A DNA stretch of 64,000 nucleotides from Nemertoderma westbladi (lineage: Eukaryota > Animalia > Xenacoelomorpha). Positions 11,442 through 24,285 of the stretch are shown here, piece by piece; the first letter of the stretch is position 1; the number at the start of each line of letters is the position of its first letter. The stretch lies in assembly GCA_032718475.1 (NCBI GenBank), contig JAUCBJ010000684.1:1-64000 (forward strand), read 5' to 3'. The notes below the pieces were generated by a model. It worked only from the letters and a program-made list of their open reading frames with translations, had not been told where the DNA came from and searched no databases. Both the position numbers and the translations under genes were made by a program.

Positions 11442-12332
11442 ATTTAAAATAGACTACAGTACTAAAATTCATGAAATAATTAGTAAATTTATTTTTTAGT
11501 AAATATAAATAATAGTGATAAATAAATTTCACAGTATCAGTAGGCCTACGTATTGCAGTTCCGCAATATTATTCTTTCTAGGGTTTAGGCATTATCTTTG
11601 CACCACTCTTTCCTTATAGGCCTACTGATACTGCTGTACTGGTAATCATGGCCTAAAGAATATCACTCTTTCCTTGTACTTATTCTGGTAATGATGGCCT
11701 AAGAAGAGAACAGCAGCAGTAGTACCGGAGAACTTAAATCGCTAAAATAAAACTAAAAAAACTAACCAAAAGTCTAAATAAACGGACATAATAAGTGATT
11801 TAAAAGGAAGAGAAAATTAATTCTATAAAAAATCCCCTAGGCCCCTATAAATCTAACAAAATATGGTCATCCATTACAACCATCCACCCCCCCCCCCCCC
11901 CCCCCCCCCCCCCATAAGGGATTGTGGAGACAAATTCTCTACATCACATGTATGAGGGGAGCTGGAATTCGGGCAGGGGAGGGGGGGGGGGTCGATTTTG
12001 CGCGCCTCTGTAGGCAACATATAAAAAATATACAATCCCTCAGGAAATTAATGTAAGAATATGCAATAATAACTACATATTATTCCCTATCCCTCCCCAC
12101 CCTAATGTTCTGATGTTATGGTACCGGTACTAACTGCAGTACTACCGGTGCAATACTATCAGACTATCGGATGTAGAATAGAAGTTGAATAGCTACAGCC
12201 TACAGGTACATCTGTACATGTCTTCATTACAGCATTAGTAGGCCTACATTGTCCTGCAAGCTGCAACCAACAACCAACTTTAGTAAATAAACAAAAGTAA
12301 AGTGTACTTGGGCGAGCGCGAGGGGGCTGGTT

Positions 12333-13196
12333 ATGGAAGATGATAAAACGACGAGTAGGCCTACATTTGAGGAATATAGACTTGGAAAGATTCCGGATGC
12401 AGCCTTTTACATTCCGAACTTTATAACAGAGAACGAAGAATTATTCTTGTTAAAAAAGGTGTATGACTCCTCTAAACCCAAATGGACCGCCCTGTCCCGT
12501 CGACGTCTACAGAACTGGGGTGGCCTCCCCCACCCAAAGGGAATGGTCGCTGAACCCCTCCCCCATTGGCTGCAAACATACACCGATAAAGTGGCCGATT
12601 TAGGGGTCTTCCGATCCTATAAACCCAATCACGTCTTAGTCAATGAGTATCTGTGTGGACAAGGAATCATGCCACACGAAGACGGACCTTTATATTCGCC
12701 AACTGTGGCTACAATTAGTCTGGGATCCAACACCGTGCTAGATTTCTACGGCCCCAAGACGGAGATTGATCCCATGATGAATATTAAGATGATTGAGTCA
12801 GATAAACATAGCAGTGATATAGACGACCCCAGCTCTGCCAATCATATCGCCGCCTCTCATACAGACCACACCAACCCATCCCAACGCCACCCAGTAACCC
12901 TCGCCGCCTCTCATACAGACCACACCAACCCATCCCAACTCCACCCAGTAACCCGCCCTGCGTTCTCCCTCCTTCTACAACCCAGGAGTTTACTCCTCCT
13001 CCAGCTGTCCTTGTACACTCACTACCTCCACGGGATCTCGGAAGTAACTTCAGACAGCTTACACTCCGGGATAGTTAATCTTAGTGAGTGCGTCTCGGCG
13101 CCGCTAGATGGGGTGCTACAACGGGGTACTCGGGTTTCTTTAACTATCCGACATGTTCCTAAAGTGTTAAAGGTTAAACTGAAACTAGGGAGATAA
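12333..13196 (+). CDS. ALKBH6: AlkB homolog 6, Fe(II)/2-oxoglutarate dioxygenase, intronless, 287 aa
   Basis: YIPNFIT..EE, KWT.LS.RRLQNWGGLPHPKGM, NHVLVNEY..GQGIMPHEDGP (HxD), YLHGI, RGTRVSLTIR. Confidence 0.95.
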   Translation: MEDDKTTSRPTFEEYRLGKIPDAAFYIPNFITENEELFLLKKVYDSSKPKWTALSRRRLQNWGGLPHPKGMVAEPLPHWLQTYTDKVADLGVFRSYKPNHVLVNEYLCGQGIMPHEDGPLYSPTVATISLGSNTVLDFYGPKTEIDPMMNIKMIESDKHSSDIDDPSSANHIAASHTDHTNPSQRHPVTLAASHTDHTNPSQLHPVTRPAFSLLLQPRSLLLLQLSLYTHYLHGISEVTSDSLHSGIVNLSECVSAPLDGVLQRGTRVSLTIRHVPKVLKVKLKLGR

Positions 13197-14365
13197 CATC
13201 TGTTTATACTGGTTGCTATGGAGATAACATCTATTTATACTGGTTGCTACGGAGAAAACATCTGTTTATACTGGTTGCTAGGGAGATAACATCTGTTTAT
13301 TTTGGTTGCTACGGAGATAACATGTTTATTCTGGTTGCTATGGAGATAACATCTGTTTATACTGGTTGCTACGGAGATAACATCTGTTTATTTTGGTTGC
13401 TACGGAGATAACATCTGTTTATTTTGGTTGCTACGGAGATAACATATGTTTATTCTGGTTGCTACGGAGATAACATCTGTTTATACTGGTTGCTACGGAG
13501 ATAACATCTGTTTATTTTGATTGCTACGGAGATAACATCTGTTTATTTTGGTTGCTACGGAGATAACATATGTTTACTATGGTTGCTACGGAGATAAAAT
13601 ATGTTTATTTTGGTTGCTACGGAGATAACATATGTTTATTTTGGTTGCTACGGAGATAACATCTGTTTATTTTGGTTGCTACGGAGATAACATCTGTTTA
13701 TACTGGTTGCTACGGAGATAACATCTGTTTATACTGGTTGCTACGGAGATAACATATGTTTATTTTGGTTGCTACGGAGGTAACATATGTTTACTATGGT
13801 TGCTACGGAGATAAAATATGTTTATTTTGGTTGCTACGGAGATAACATCTGTTTATTTTGGTTGCTACGGAGATAACATCTGTTTATTTTGGTTGCTACG
13901 GAGATAACATCTGTTTATACTGGTTGCTACGGAGATAACATCTGTTTATTTTGGTTGCTACGGAGATAACATATGTTTATTCTGGTTGCTACGGAGATAA
14001 CATATGTTTATACTGGTTGCTACGGAGATAACATCTGTTTATTTTGGTTGCTACGGAGATAACATATGTTTATTCTGGTTGCTACGGAGATAACATCTGT
14101 TTATTTTGGTTGCTACGGAGATAACATCTGTTTATTTTGGTTGCTACGGAGATAACATATGTTTATTCTGGTTGCTACGGAGATAACATCTGTTTATTTT
14201 GGTTGCTACGGAGATAACATCTGTTTATTTTGGTTGCTACGGAGATAACATATGTTTATTCTGGTTGCTACGGAGATAACATCTGTTTATTTTGGTTGCT
14301 ACGGAGATAACATCTGTTTATTTTGGTTGCTACGGAGATAACATATGTTTATTTTGGTTGCTACG
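13189..14365. repeat. 31-bp minisatellite (~38 copies) beginning in the last ALKBH6 codons
   Basis: Unit ggagataacatctgtttattttggttgctac; the first copy supplies (G)GG AGA TAA, i.e. Gly-Arg-stop. Confidence 0.95.
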
Positions 14366-14503
14366 GTTTCTAGTTGTTAGAGTCATTATTGATCTATATG
14401 TAATAATATATAATAGGCCCCGGCCTTGTTTTAGTACCGTAAACATTACAGACTTTGTACATATGTGCTGTAGGGCCTATTTACAGTACTGCCGTACAAT
14501 GTT

Positions 14504-15005
14504 AATGTAAAAAGACGGCAAGTCACAAAAAGTCATTTCAAGTAAAACGCAAATTACAGTTGGCCTTCAGATTGTTGGTTTAAAATGTCCGTAAATTACT
14601 ATTTTTTTATAACCCTACGCAATTTGGGGTGGGAAATTTTTCTACGTGATTATTTTTCACTTTCCATTAATATTTTGACTTCAGAGTTATTTTTTGTACT
14701 TACGGTATTTTTGCATTGTACAACCTATAAATACATAAAAATGTAAATACATATTTCAAGTCTTATTGACTTACGTTTTTTTGCATAAATTTAAGTAGCT
14801 GCGGTATTTTGTATTGCACTTACGGTCTTTTTCCTTTGTAACCAATACAAATGTTGTGACTTACGGCCTTTCTACATTACATATCTCGAGAACTAGAGTA
14901 GATACGGTGTTCTCGATTATACCTTTAGATAGAGCGCATTTTATAGACCCAGGAAATGTGAAAAAGTTAATTTTGGAAAAATGCAACTTGCGGTCTTTTT
15001 ACATT
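14504..15005. mobile_element. MITE with ~20-bp imperfect TIR
   Basis: aatgtaaaaagacggcaagt ... acttgcggtctttttacatt; repeated internal ttacgg/ttacgt motifs. Confidence 0.55.
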
Positions 15006-17029
15006 GCCCGGTAGAGCACCTTTAAGGTTCCGTTAAGAAATGTTTTGTATTCTACTCTACATAACTAAATGCATTCTGAAAAACTATATTTATAGCTTTC
15101 ATAGTTTCATAGTATAGAACTTGAATTCACGTTCTGTGTGACATTCAACCATCTCCGCATTATCCAAGTCCTATTTGACGGTAGTTCTAATAAACATTGC
15201 GGCGCGTTACAGCTGATGTGGGTGGACTTAGATGTGCAATCACGATCACTACTCACGGCAATCACGGCAATACTCGGGCACTCTATTAGTTGTTTTGATC
15301 ATGTTACATTCCCGATCTTAACATTAATTGTGTGCGATATTGCCTAAACATAGTATTTACTGCTTTTGTCTATAATATTTTTTAGATGTGGAAGGGTTTC
15401 AATTTGAAACGGCACTCCAACAATAACATTATCGAGTTGCCTAAGCAACCACAACAACTTTCACGTGTACGCAATTTTATGATCATTTGGAAAGTATCAC
15501 TTTTAGATAAAGAGTATCCTAAATACTCTTTCGGGTCGCCCATTATAAGTTATCCGTTAAGTGCACTTCCGTTAAACCTCCGTTAACTTTAAAATTAACG
15601 GAGCTTTGTGTCGCCCGCCCCTGGTTTCTCTGTAAGCCACTGTCACGAAATAAGGGAGTGCCCTGTAAAACTCCACTCCCTTCCTTGCATTGGAGACTCC
15701 TCTCCGCTATGCAGACATCCCTTGTTCCCTACGTGCCCCATTATACTTAAACCATTGTATTAACAAGGGAATATTTGTAACAGAACTCTACAGTACTTGA
15801 ATTATCATTATTAGAAATCAGCTATCGACCAGTTTAACAGACCAATATTAATTATCATTTACATGTGTTCAACGTAAAAATCGCTGCCGAGAAAGATAAC
15901 TCCAAAATGGGTGATAATTAGGGGTCAATTTCACATTGACCCCTTACCGGGTTTAAAAGGGCCCACATTTGGGTGGAAAGTCAGTCAGTACAGCCTTAGT
16001 AGACAGCCTCGGTACAGCCCGCCTCGGCAGCTAATCTAGGCTCTGCTCTTCGGAATCAGACCTACTTTGATCCATTGCCAACGTACTCCTGGCGATGGGG
16101 TGCGTAGTGTTTGGGCTCGTAGGTAAGGTTGCCGCTGAGGACTTAGCTTTGGCCAAACAGCGCTAGCGCACTCTGTCCGCTGGGTGCTTGGTTCGACCCA
16201 GCCAGGATCGACCATTCAGTTTAGAGGGAAAAGTAGCAGTGTCCTCACAGGCTTTGACGGTTCCGGTTGGTTACGCTACGGCTACGGTTACGGTACGGCT
16301 TATCGTTACGGTGGTGCTTGTGCACTCTGTCCGCTGGCTATAGTGTTCGTCCCAGGCTCGCCAGGACCGACTGTAGGCCCTATAGTTTTGAGGGCAAAGT
16401 AACAGCTAAGCATTTGCGTCCAATCGGTCCCATCCCACCCCTGTTTGGTCTGAGACGGTAACCTGGTGTTCTTCACTATGGCCAAGTTCCAATAGCCAAG
16501 TTTATTACGACTTCATTTCACGACTTCTTTCACTACCTATAGACGTTTGTCTGACCTTATACCCTTTTTTGAGATTTGTACATTTTTTCAGAGTATTTTT
16601 AGCATAACGAAACTACTAAAAATACTGTATTTTCTATCATTTTGAATACAAATTATTTAAATTGTATTATTTTTCGAGGCTATACTTTGGATCCTAACGG
16701 ACCCAAAGCACCCCTTACCCGGTTACTATTTTTATATACCAGAAGGGAGCAATAGAACATCTTTGAAAGAACATAGATCACTGTGTTTTAGCACTATCTT
16801 TGAATGGTTGTGGATGTCCATAAATAAAAACTCACTGAAGGACCGTGTACTATTGGGAAATATTTTCATTACAGTATTGATAGCCAGAAACCAAAACAAT
16901 AAGGCAAAAGGTAACACTTTTTGGAGACCTTAGAGATTCAAAGCCGTTTTAGGTGTTTATCGTGCCAGATGCACGAGAAATCCATTACAGAGACCGACGC
17001 TCTACCCACCTGTCTGTCTGGATAACGTG

Positions 17030-17880
17030 CTCTACACCATGACCTGGAAAATAGTGTCGTTATTCAGTTTCAGGTACCTGCAACCCCCACACACCTTATC
17101 CCCACTTATTCTTGGTGAGCCAGAATTTTATTTTTGCTTTCATTTTTTAGCTACAAGCGTTTCAAAACAATGTCTAGTCGATTATGCTCTCGTTACACCG
17201 CAGTTATTCTTCAACCGATTTGTTGGTATTGTTAGAAAGCAACAAAGGATTCCAAAATGAGCTTTCTAAAGTTGAATGGTTTTACACCTGCGTGAGAGCT
17301 ATTTTATTCTATTCAATAAACAAACCATATTCTAGAACATTTTGTTTATGTATGAATATAGCTACGTAATAGATGATTAAAGAGGTTTTGTATTGTTGCC
17401 CGGCTACGTATGGCTTAAACAAAATGTTCCAGAAAATGGTTTATTTATTAAATAGAATAAAGCAGCCTCGCGCAGATGCAAAACCATGCAAATTTTGAAC
17501 GCTCATATCAGCTACAGTCTCATTTCAGTCTATTAGTCTCATATTCAGATTGTGTTACATATTTGGAATCTTGCATGGCCAGCTTTCTAACATTACCAAC
17601 AAATCACCATAAGGTTGAAGAATAACTGCGGTCTAACTGGTGCAATATCGCCGGAGAGACCTTTTTTAAACACTAGCTAACGAATGAGAAAGCAAAGATA
17701 ATAATTCTGGCTCACGCAGTCAGTAGTGGTCGGGAGGTGAAACTACTGTATCTCTGTTTCAAATTTCATTCAATCTCATTAAGATTTGTAGAAAAATTTT
17801 GGGTGGGAGGATGAGAGGGGGCAGCAGGTACCAGAATAATTACACTATATTCCGACACTATCAGACTATGGTGTACAATG
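17030..17880. mobile_element. Old foldback/MITE-like long imperfect inverted repeat
   Basis: Paired segments such as accgcagttattcttcaacc (~17197) with ggttgaagaataactgcggt (~17613); centre near 17385. Confidence 0.65.
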
Positions 17881-17998
17881 TAGTACTGTGTACTGTACAA
17901 TCAAGTCAGGCACTTGATAGTGAAAAATGCGGTGTTTTCCGCTTACTTTTTATTGAGTAATCAAACAATTATTAGTTATATTGAGTAATCAAACAATT

Positions 17999-19463
17999 AT
18001 TAGGAACCGAGAGGTTCATTACTGTAAGAATTGCTCGAGACTGGCTGGCTGGCTGGCTGACTGACTGACTGACTGACTAATCTACAGCCAAAACTACTCT
18101 AACGATTTTGATGAAATTTTCACAGCGGCTAGATACCGCGATTCTAAGGTCCCTGGTATGTTCCGCTATTTCGTCCATGAGCCGTGGGCTCGAAAAATAG
18201 ACATAAACGAAAAAACGCCATAGGCGCAATGGTAAAATAACACCCATGACAGCTGGTGTCGTGATGAAAAATGGCTTATGTAATGCATTTCTACAGAAGG
18301 CTTAGTAATAAATCGATGAGGTTGCCAAGATTATTATACTCAGTACACCCATACTGTTTGTATAGGCCACCACTCTCTGTCAAAGCAAACATTATGAACT
18401 GGTTGGTTTAGTTTGAAATCTAATATCGCCTCAGCTGAATTACTCTTCCCAATGCAATCTATGGTAATATCTCACTCTGCTAATGTAAGCTGAATGACTG
18501 TTACGTACACAGTGAGTTGGCTACATTAATGCCAACATTATTGCAAAATGTTTTATTGTTGGATTACTCTCTGTCAGTCACCCCTTCAGAACATTGTATA
18601 GGGAATTTACTTTAGTTTACTCTACTGTGCCATTCAGCTGAATGGATTTGAGCGATTGCCAAGTTACAGAGTTGGATCATTCTCTGACCATAGGCAAAGA
18701 CATCAAATCTTTTTAAAAATATACTTTTTCCATGTTTTTTTTCTGACCAAAAATTTCAAAAAAAAATTTTTCGTAGCCAGTACTGCCAATCGATTCGCCA
18801 TCAAAAATAACGCAAAAATTTTTTTTTGCAAAATTTTAAATTACTGTAAATTTTTGGCGACTGGGGGGGGGGTCAATTTTTTTCGATCCGCTATAAATCC
18901 GGAACGCTTTGTCCAAATTCGATGGGGTTTTCATTTTTCAACTTAATTAGATGTCCTCTTTCAGCCTATCCATGTTTCCAAACCCCAAACAGCGCCGTTC
19001 AAAAAATAATTTTTTCCAGTTCTAGAATTTTACAAATTTCAAAAAAGTTTCAGTATTTTATTAACGCCTTTACGGAATTCGATAGCGTTTTCGATTTTTA
19101 TATTAAACGCAATATCCTGAATCTCACTAGCCTAGTTTCGCGTCACCAACGCCAAGACTTCATACTTTTTGAGGAAAATTTTTCTAGAATAATTTTTATT
19201 AAATTACATTTATCGCGATTTCTTATTACTGGTTGCACATGAATTGATGGAGTTTTCAATTTATTAACTAAACACGATATCGCGCATCGCACCAGCGTGG
19301 TTTCGAAATTCCAAAACGAGGAGCCTAATCGAGCCAAACCGAGCCGATCAAGCCAAGTCGAACTTAATCGTGCCCAATCGTGCAAGACCGAGCCGACCTC
19401 GTTGTCTCTTTTATTTGAAATAAAAAGTCGGTTCCTTATCGGGCCGCTAGGCCCGTCACTAGT
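17999..19463 (+). mobile_element. Helentron/HINE (DINE-1-like) non-autonomous rolling-circle element
   Basis: 5' subTIR aggaaccga, then (CTGG)n(CTGA)n microsatellite; 3' tcggttcct, hairpin cgggcc-gcta-ggcccg, terminal CTAGT. Confidence 0.7.
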
Positions 19464-20436
19464 ATTAAATATCCCATTGACGAATCAGAGATGCAGTAGG
19501 CCTAGCCCATCTCTCTTTAGAAACCAAGCTAAGCCAACCAACCCTTCCATCCGTGTTTGTTAACTTTTGTTAGCCTACAGTATGTGACCACCACCAACTG
19601 GGTGATTGACAGCTTAAAATAAATGCCGCTGCCTCAAAAGGCGGCAAACATCAAATTAATTTATTTTAATTTCTTCGAAGGCCTACACTTTTTATTGATA
19701 ATATCTATTTTTAATTTAGTGACGTTATAAATACTAAATTTTATATTAGTGCTTGTGTTACACAAAATGATTGGTATTTAACTTTCAAATCTTCTCAATT
19801 TAAATAAAATGAAGAATTTTATTTTATTATTATCTGACACCTTCACTCTTCACCATATACTGTACAATACTAGAAGGTCAAATATTTCACACATGCTGCT
19901 TGGCAAAGGTTTAGAAATTTTCCAAGTTGAATTTACGTGTGGCCTTCGAGAAGCTAAGATAAACTGATAAACGTAGGCCTAGTTAATTAGTTAATTAAGT
20001 TGATCACGGTAAAAAACAGCAGCCTGCCCTTTAATTGAAATTAATTATTTTATAGTTACGTCGTAAAGTCCAGGCAAAGTCCAGGGTGTTATGGGGCGTC
20101 CTCCAGGGAGACACATTTGCACCATTCTTGTTCATAATTGTGGTTGCAGTATATTTAAATAATTATACTTAAAAATTATACAGCTGTGTAATCCCCATAC
20201 CACATTCCATTAAATGTTTAATTAGTTCAGGTGGTTTACTTAAAGAAATGTGTTTTAATTGATCTAAACATACTTACCACTTATTAAAATTGTCTGTCTC
20301 TCTACACCATATACTTCCAGCTCACCCGTCCTTTTCCGGGTTATACTGCACAATTTAAAACTACGCTGGTGAAGGACAGGGGATTCAAGGGGCTTGTATG
20401 GCGTTGCTCCGGTCCGGTGCTACTGTATTAAGCACA

Positions 20437-23050
20437 ACTACTAGTATCGGCATGCTGCATTGCAGCTGCATTTTTAAGAATGCTGTGCCGGCTTGTCGAC
20501 AAAATTGCGCCGCAACAACTCCCTATCACCCATGACATTTGCTAGATCATCCGCATCTTCAAGGCCAGTGTCCTTTAAGATGCGTCTCAAGAAAGTCATG
20601 GGCTGTCCACCATGCTTATTCACTCCATGAGGCTGCCAAAGTACAAGATTATGCACTGGCTGGTCCTCACGGCGAAAGCAATGTCCTGCAAAGCGGAGGC
20701 GATTTTGTTCTAGTGTCAAGCTTGGGGAAACAATGAGACACCTCCAATGTTATATAGTGTCTGGTTGGAGATGTGTGCATTGTGCTTGACACAATGAACC
20801 CGGCGTAGCATTCTTGTGAATGTGCCATCCAGAGATTTGGTGTCCTCAGCAGTTAGAGCCCAGCATGGACTCCCATAGAGGAGTACTGGAACTACTGCTG
20901 CTCTAAATAATCGGACCTTAAGTTTCCGATTAATTCTCGGTGTCTTCCAAATCCTGGAAAGCCTATTCAAGGCTGCCCATGCCTTTCCCTTACGTATTCG
21001 AAGGTCCTCACCTGACTTCCGGATCCATGATCCCAGGTAACAGAAGTCGTCCACATTGTAAAAGCTTTTGCGGATATACTCAGTCCCCCTCGCCCGCAAG
21101 GTACCGTTATAGGTGTTTTAACGGACATAAAAGTCATTCTTCTATATACGTGCTTTGGAGGACATGGTAAGGCAAAAAACCCGCAATGCACCAAATACCC
21201 TGGCACAGCTTAGCCTTGATGATTCAGATTACGACATCTAACAGCTGGTTGCTGACATGGAAACGGCCATTGGACACATGGTTCTTTGTTTAGCTTAACA
21301 GCCAATCAGAGCGATTTTTTCTGTCGATGTGGAGATATTTTGGCAGATCATGCTAGGAGTGTTCTGTCTTACTGTTTTTCTTGATACTGTTGTGTTGTTT
21401 CTATCTAGGCCAGGAACACCGGCTCTAGAGTCAATTCGTTTCAGACTTTAGAAGAAACATTAGTAGGCTTAAGATTATAGAGCGTATAACTGTTATCAGT
21501 GCATATCACGGCACAGTCCAGTTCATAACTTGTCATATCATATCTTAACCTACCGTCTTAATGCTTTTTACTGTTGTCATATTTTGTATCAGTTGGTTGA
21601 ATATTATTTGGAGAACATTTATAAAGAACCCAAATTTCCCAATTTTCTTGATACACTACAGGTTAGAGAGACAGGTTACATATAGCGATTGCGACTTATA
21701 TTATTGTGGTTTGTAGTGAATTTAATGCTATTTGATAAGCACTACATGAGTCAGTTGCTGTTCTCTTTATATATGATAAAATTCATTGACGGTCGGCAAA
21801 TAAGTGAGCAGTATTGTGTGTTACCGGTAGTGTGCATGATTGTGACTGATAACTAAGCATTTCCTAAAGAATGCGCCTCATACGTGAATCATAAGCCTTA
21901 CCGACTTACCGTTGTGATTAGTATAAGTCATATCTCTGTTTACCTAGATAGAGCGCCACGTCCTAAAGGAACTGTTAATATTTCCCGAAAGTGAATAATA
22001 TTAGTCAGAAATTATTTATTAACGATCAATCGAATAATACAGTAAGCTTACACTGCAATAATAATCTAAGCCCTCAGAATCCAGTCTCCCGGGTATATCC
22101 AGCGGGTGAATGGACGCGCACTAGGCTGGCTTCTGCTAATGTTGTGTTTATTGGTATTAAATATTTGTCAATTTCTAAAGTCTATTTATAAACCAAAAGA
22201 CATATAAATTTTGGCAGGTTAAACTGCTAAAGGTCTTCAAAAGCGCGTACACACATGCTCAAGCATACCATCCTTTGAGCTTATGCTCATCCGATCAGAG
22301 ACTTGCTGAGAACTTTCAAAGTTAACTGTCAAATTTTTGGTCTTTCTGGAGTTAATAAATAGACCAACACTAGAAGCAGCATGTTCTAATGAGCTGAGGA
22401 GCCGTTGGGCTCCCTCTAGTGATTCTGAGAGTACTCCTAAGTCATCAGCAAAGTCTAGATCAGTTAGGTACTTGGCAGGATTTCCTCGACTTCTGGAGCC
22501 AGTAGGTGGAGTTATCATCACCCCATCATCATTATGATGATCTAAGGACATGCGTAGAACATAGTCAACCACAATTATGAACAAGAATGGTGCAAGTGTG
22601 TCTCCCTGGAGGACACCCCATAACACTTCAAATGGTTCTGTGTCACCATCAACAGTAGACACAAATGTTGTCGAACCATCGTATACTGATCTGATTGCTG
22701 CAATAATTTCATCAGGAATCCCATATAATGAAAGTATGCTGAACATACGTGAGCGGGAGACTGAATCAAAGGCCTTGAAGAAGTCAACAAAGATAACAGC
22801 CAGATGACTGTCTTTCTTTTTTGATAACTCTTCAATTATCCTTCTAAGTGCCAAAATGGGCTCCATGGTCCCACGACCTTTACGGAACCCATTCTGATTT
22901 CCACGGAGCAGTCTCTCAATGGGATCCCTGATGCGATTTAATAGAATTCTATTGTATAGCTTTGCAGCAATCAAGATCAATGAGATTCCCCGAAAAGAAC
23001 CATAGAGTGTTAGGTTGCCCTTCTTGGGAACTGGCACCAACTTATTTGTT
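20437..23050 (-). mobile_element. 5'-truncated RTE LINE (RT domain to 3' tail), split by a solo LTR
   Basis: 22252-23050 encodes PKKG...FRGISL...QGDTLAP...FADD...GMLEHV and continues at 21056 with VDDFCYLGSW, exactly as in the uninterrupted copy at ~710-750. Confidence 0.9.
21057..22251. mobile_element. Solo LTR (1195 bp)
   Basis: TGTA...TACA termini with imperfect IR (tgtaaaagctttt / aaaagcgcgtaca); 5-bp TSD CACAT at 21052-21056 and 22252-22256. Confidence 0.8.
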
Positions 23051-23273
23051 TTAATTTCTTGTGGGACTCTTGTTGTACGGTACAAACTGACATTAAGCAC
23101 AAACTGACAAACGAACTGCACGTTCTGGAACGTAGTTTTTGAGACATTTAAATCGCAACCGCCTTTCTCGAATCTCCTTGCTCTTTGCAAACATTACTAT
23201 CGGTACCCTTGTTGAATGTCTCTGTTGAATGTTGAAACGACAGTGTTCAATGTCAAATGTCGACCTGACTTAG

Positions 23274-23503
23274 CCAACACAAACGGCCCTTTCAGGGCCA
23301 ACTACTGAACATCTTAAACCAACCCAAACGGCCCTTTCCAGGGCCAGGGCAAACTACTGAACGTCTTTAACCAACCCAAACGGCCCTTTCCAGGGCCAGG
23401 GCCAACTACTGAACGTCTTAAACCAACCCAAACGGCACTTTCCAGGGCCAGGGCCAACTACTGAACGTATTAAACCAACCCAAACGGCCCTTTTCAGGGC
23501 CAA
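23274..23503. repeat. ~52-bp tandem repeat (4-5 copies)
   Basis: aaaccaacccaaacggccctttccagggccagggccaactactgaacgtctt. Confidence 0.85.
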
Positions 23504-23715
23504 CATATTAAATTAACAACCGTATCGCAACCATAGGCGTACATAGTAAGGCCTACTAGTTCAATACGATCAATATACAGATATATATCATGTCGGAGGT
23601 ATGGCGAACAAACAACTGTGTCGTATTCAAGGAGAGGCCGAACAAGGGATTTGAATAACAGGGTCAGAGGGTAAACATCGGAGCTTCCAAATATGTAAAA
23701 GTTATTCGTATTTTT

Positions 23716-24285
23716 TTAATAAAAGATACACCCCCAAGCGGGGTAAACTTGAATTATTATAAACTTAAATATTAAAATAAAATATAAGATGCACATTATT
23801 AAGAAAATGTTATTTAAAATGTATTCTTTAGTTTTAAAATACTTGATAGAGAAAGTGAAATATGTAAGAGTTAAGAGGCGGCAAGCTCGGAGGGAGATGG
23901 GCAGAGGGGGCACGATAATGCGTGGTAGAGTTCGGTGCACGAACCGGAGCAGAACCGGCAGACACATTCATCGGAGAGAATATGAAACGGTGTAGCGGTG
24001 GAACAGATCTTATGGTGGAAGCCGTGGGCAGTTAGACGGGTAATGACGTGTTAGTTCTTCGTATTAAATGGACGACTCGCATGGCGCGGGCTCCAATCTT
24101 TGTGCAGTGAGCTGTGAAGGACAAGTCTGGTGTAAATGTAATACCAAAATCACGTTCTCGGTTGCCGATAAAAGTGTCCGTCCATTAATTGTGTAAAAAG
24201 TTGCTTGGGAATTTCTAGAACCTAGATGCATGCATGAACTTGCACTTGGAGTCATTGAACTGCAATTTCCAATGCTTACACCTGT
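23716..24285 (-). mobile_element. Degenerate CR1/L2-type LINE 3' fragment
   Basis: Minus strand gives WKLQFN.SKCK.MHLGSRN...YTING.. with frameshifts, the CR1 RT thumb region. Confidence 0.6.

Noticed and set aside
11886-11990. Poly-C/poly-G tracts (also ~3093, 27361, 34169, 46006)
   Set aside because: Simple homopolymers of unreliable length with no further structure.
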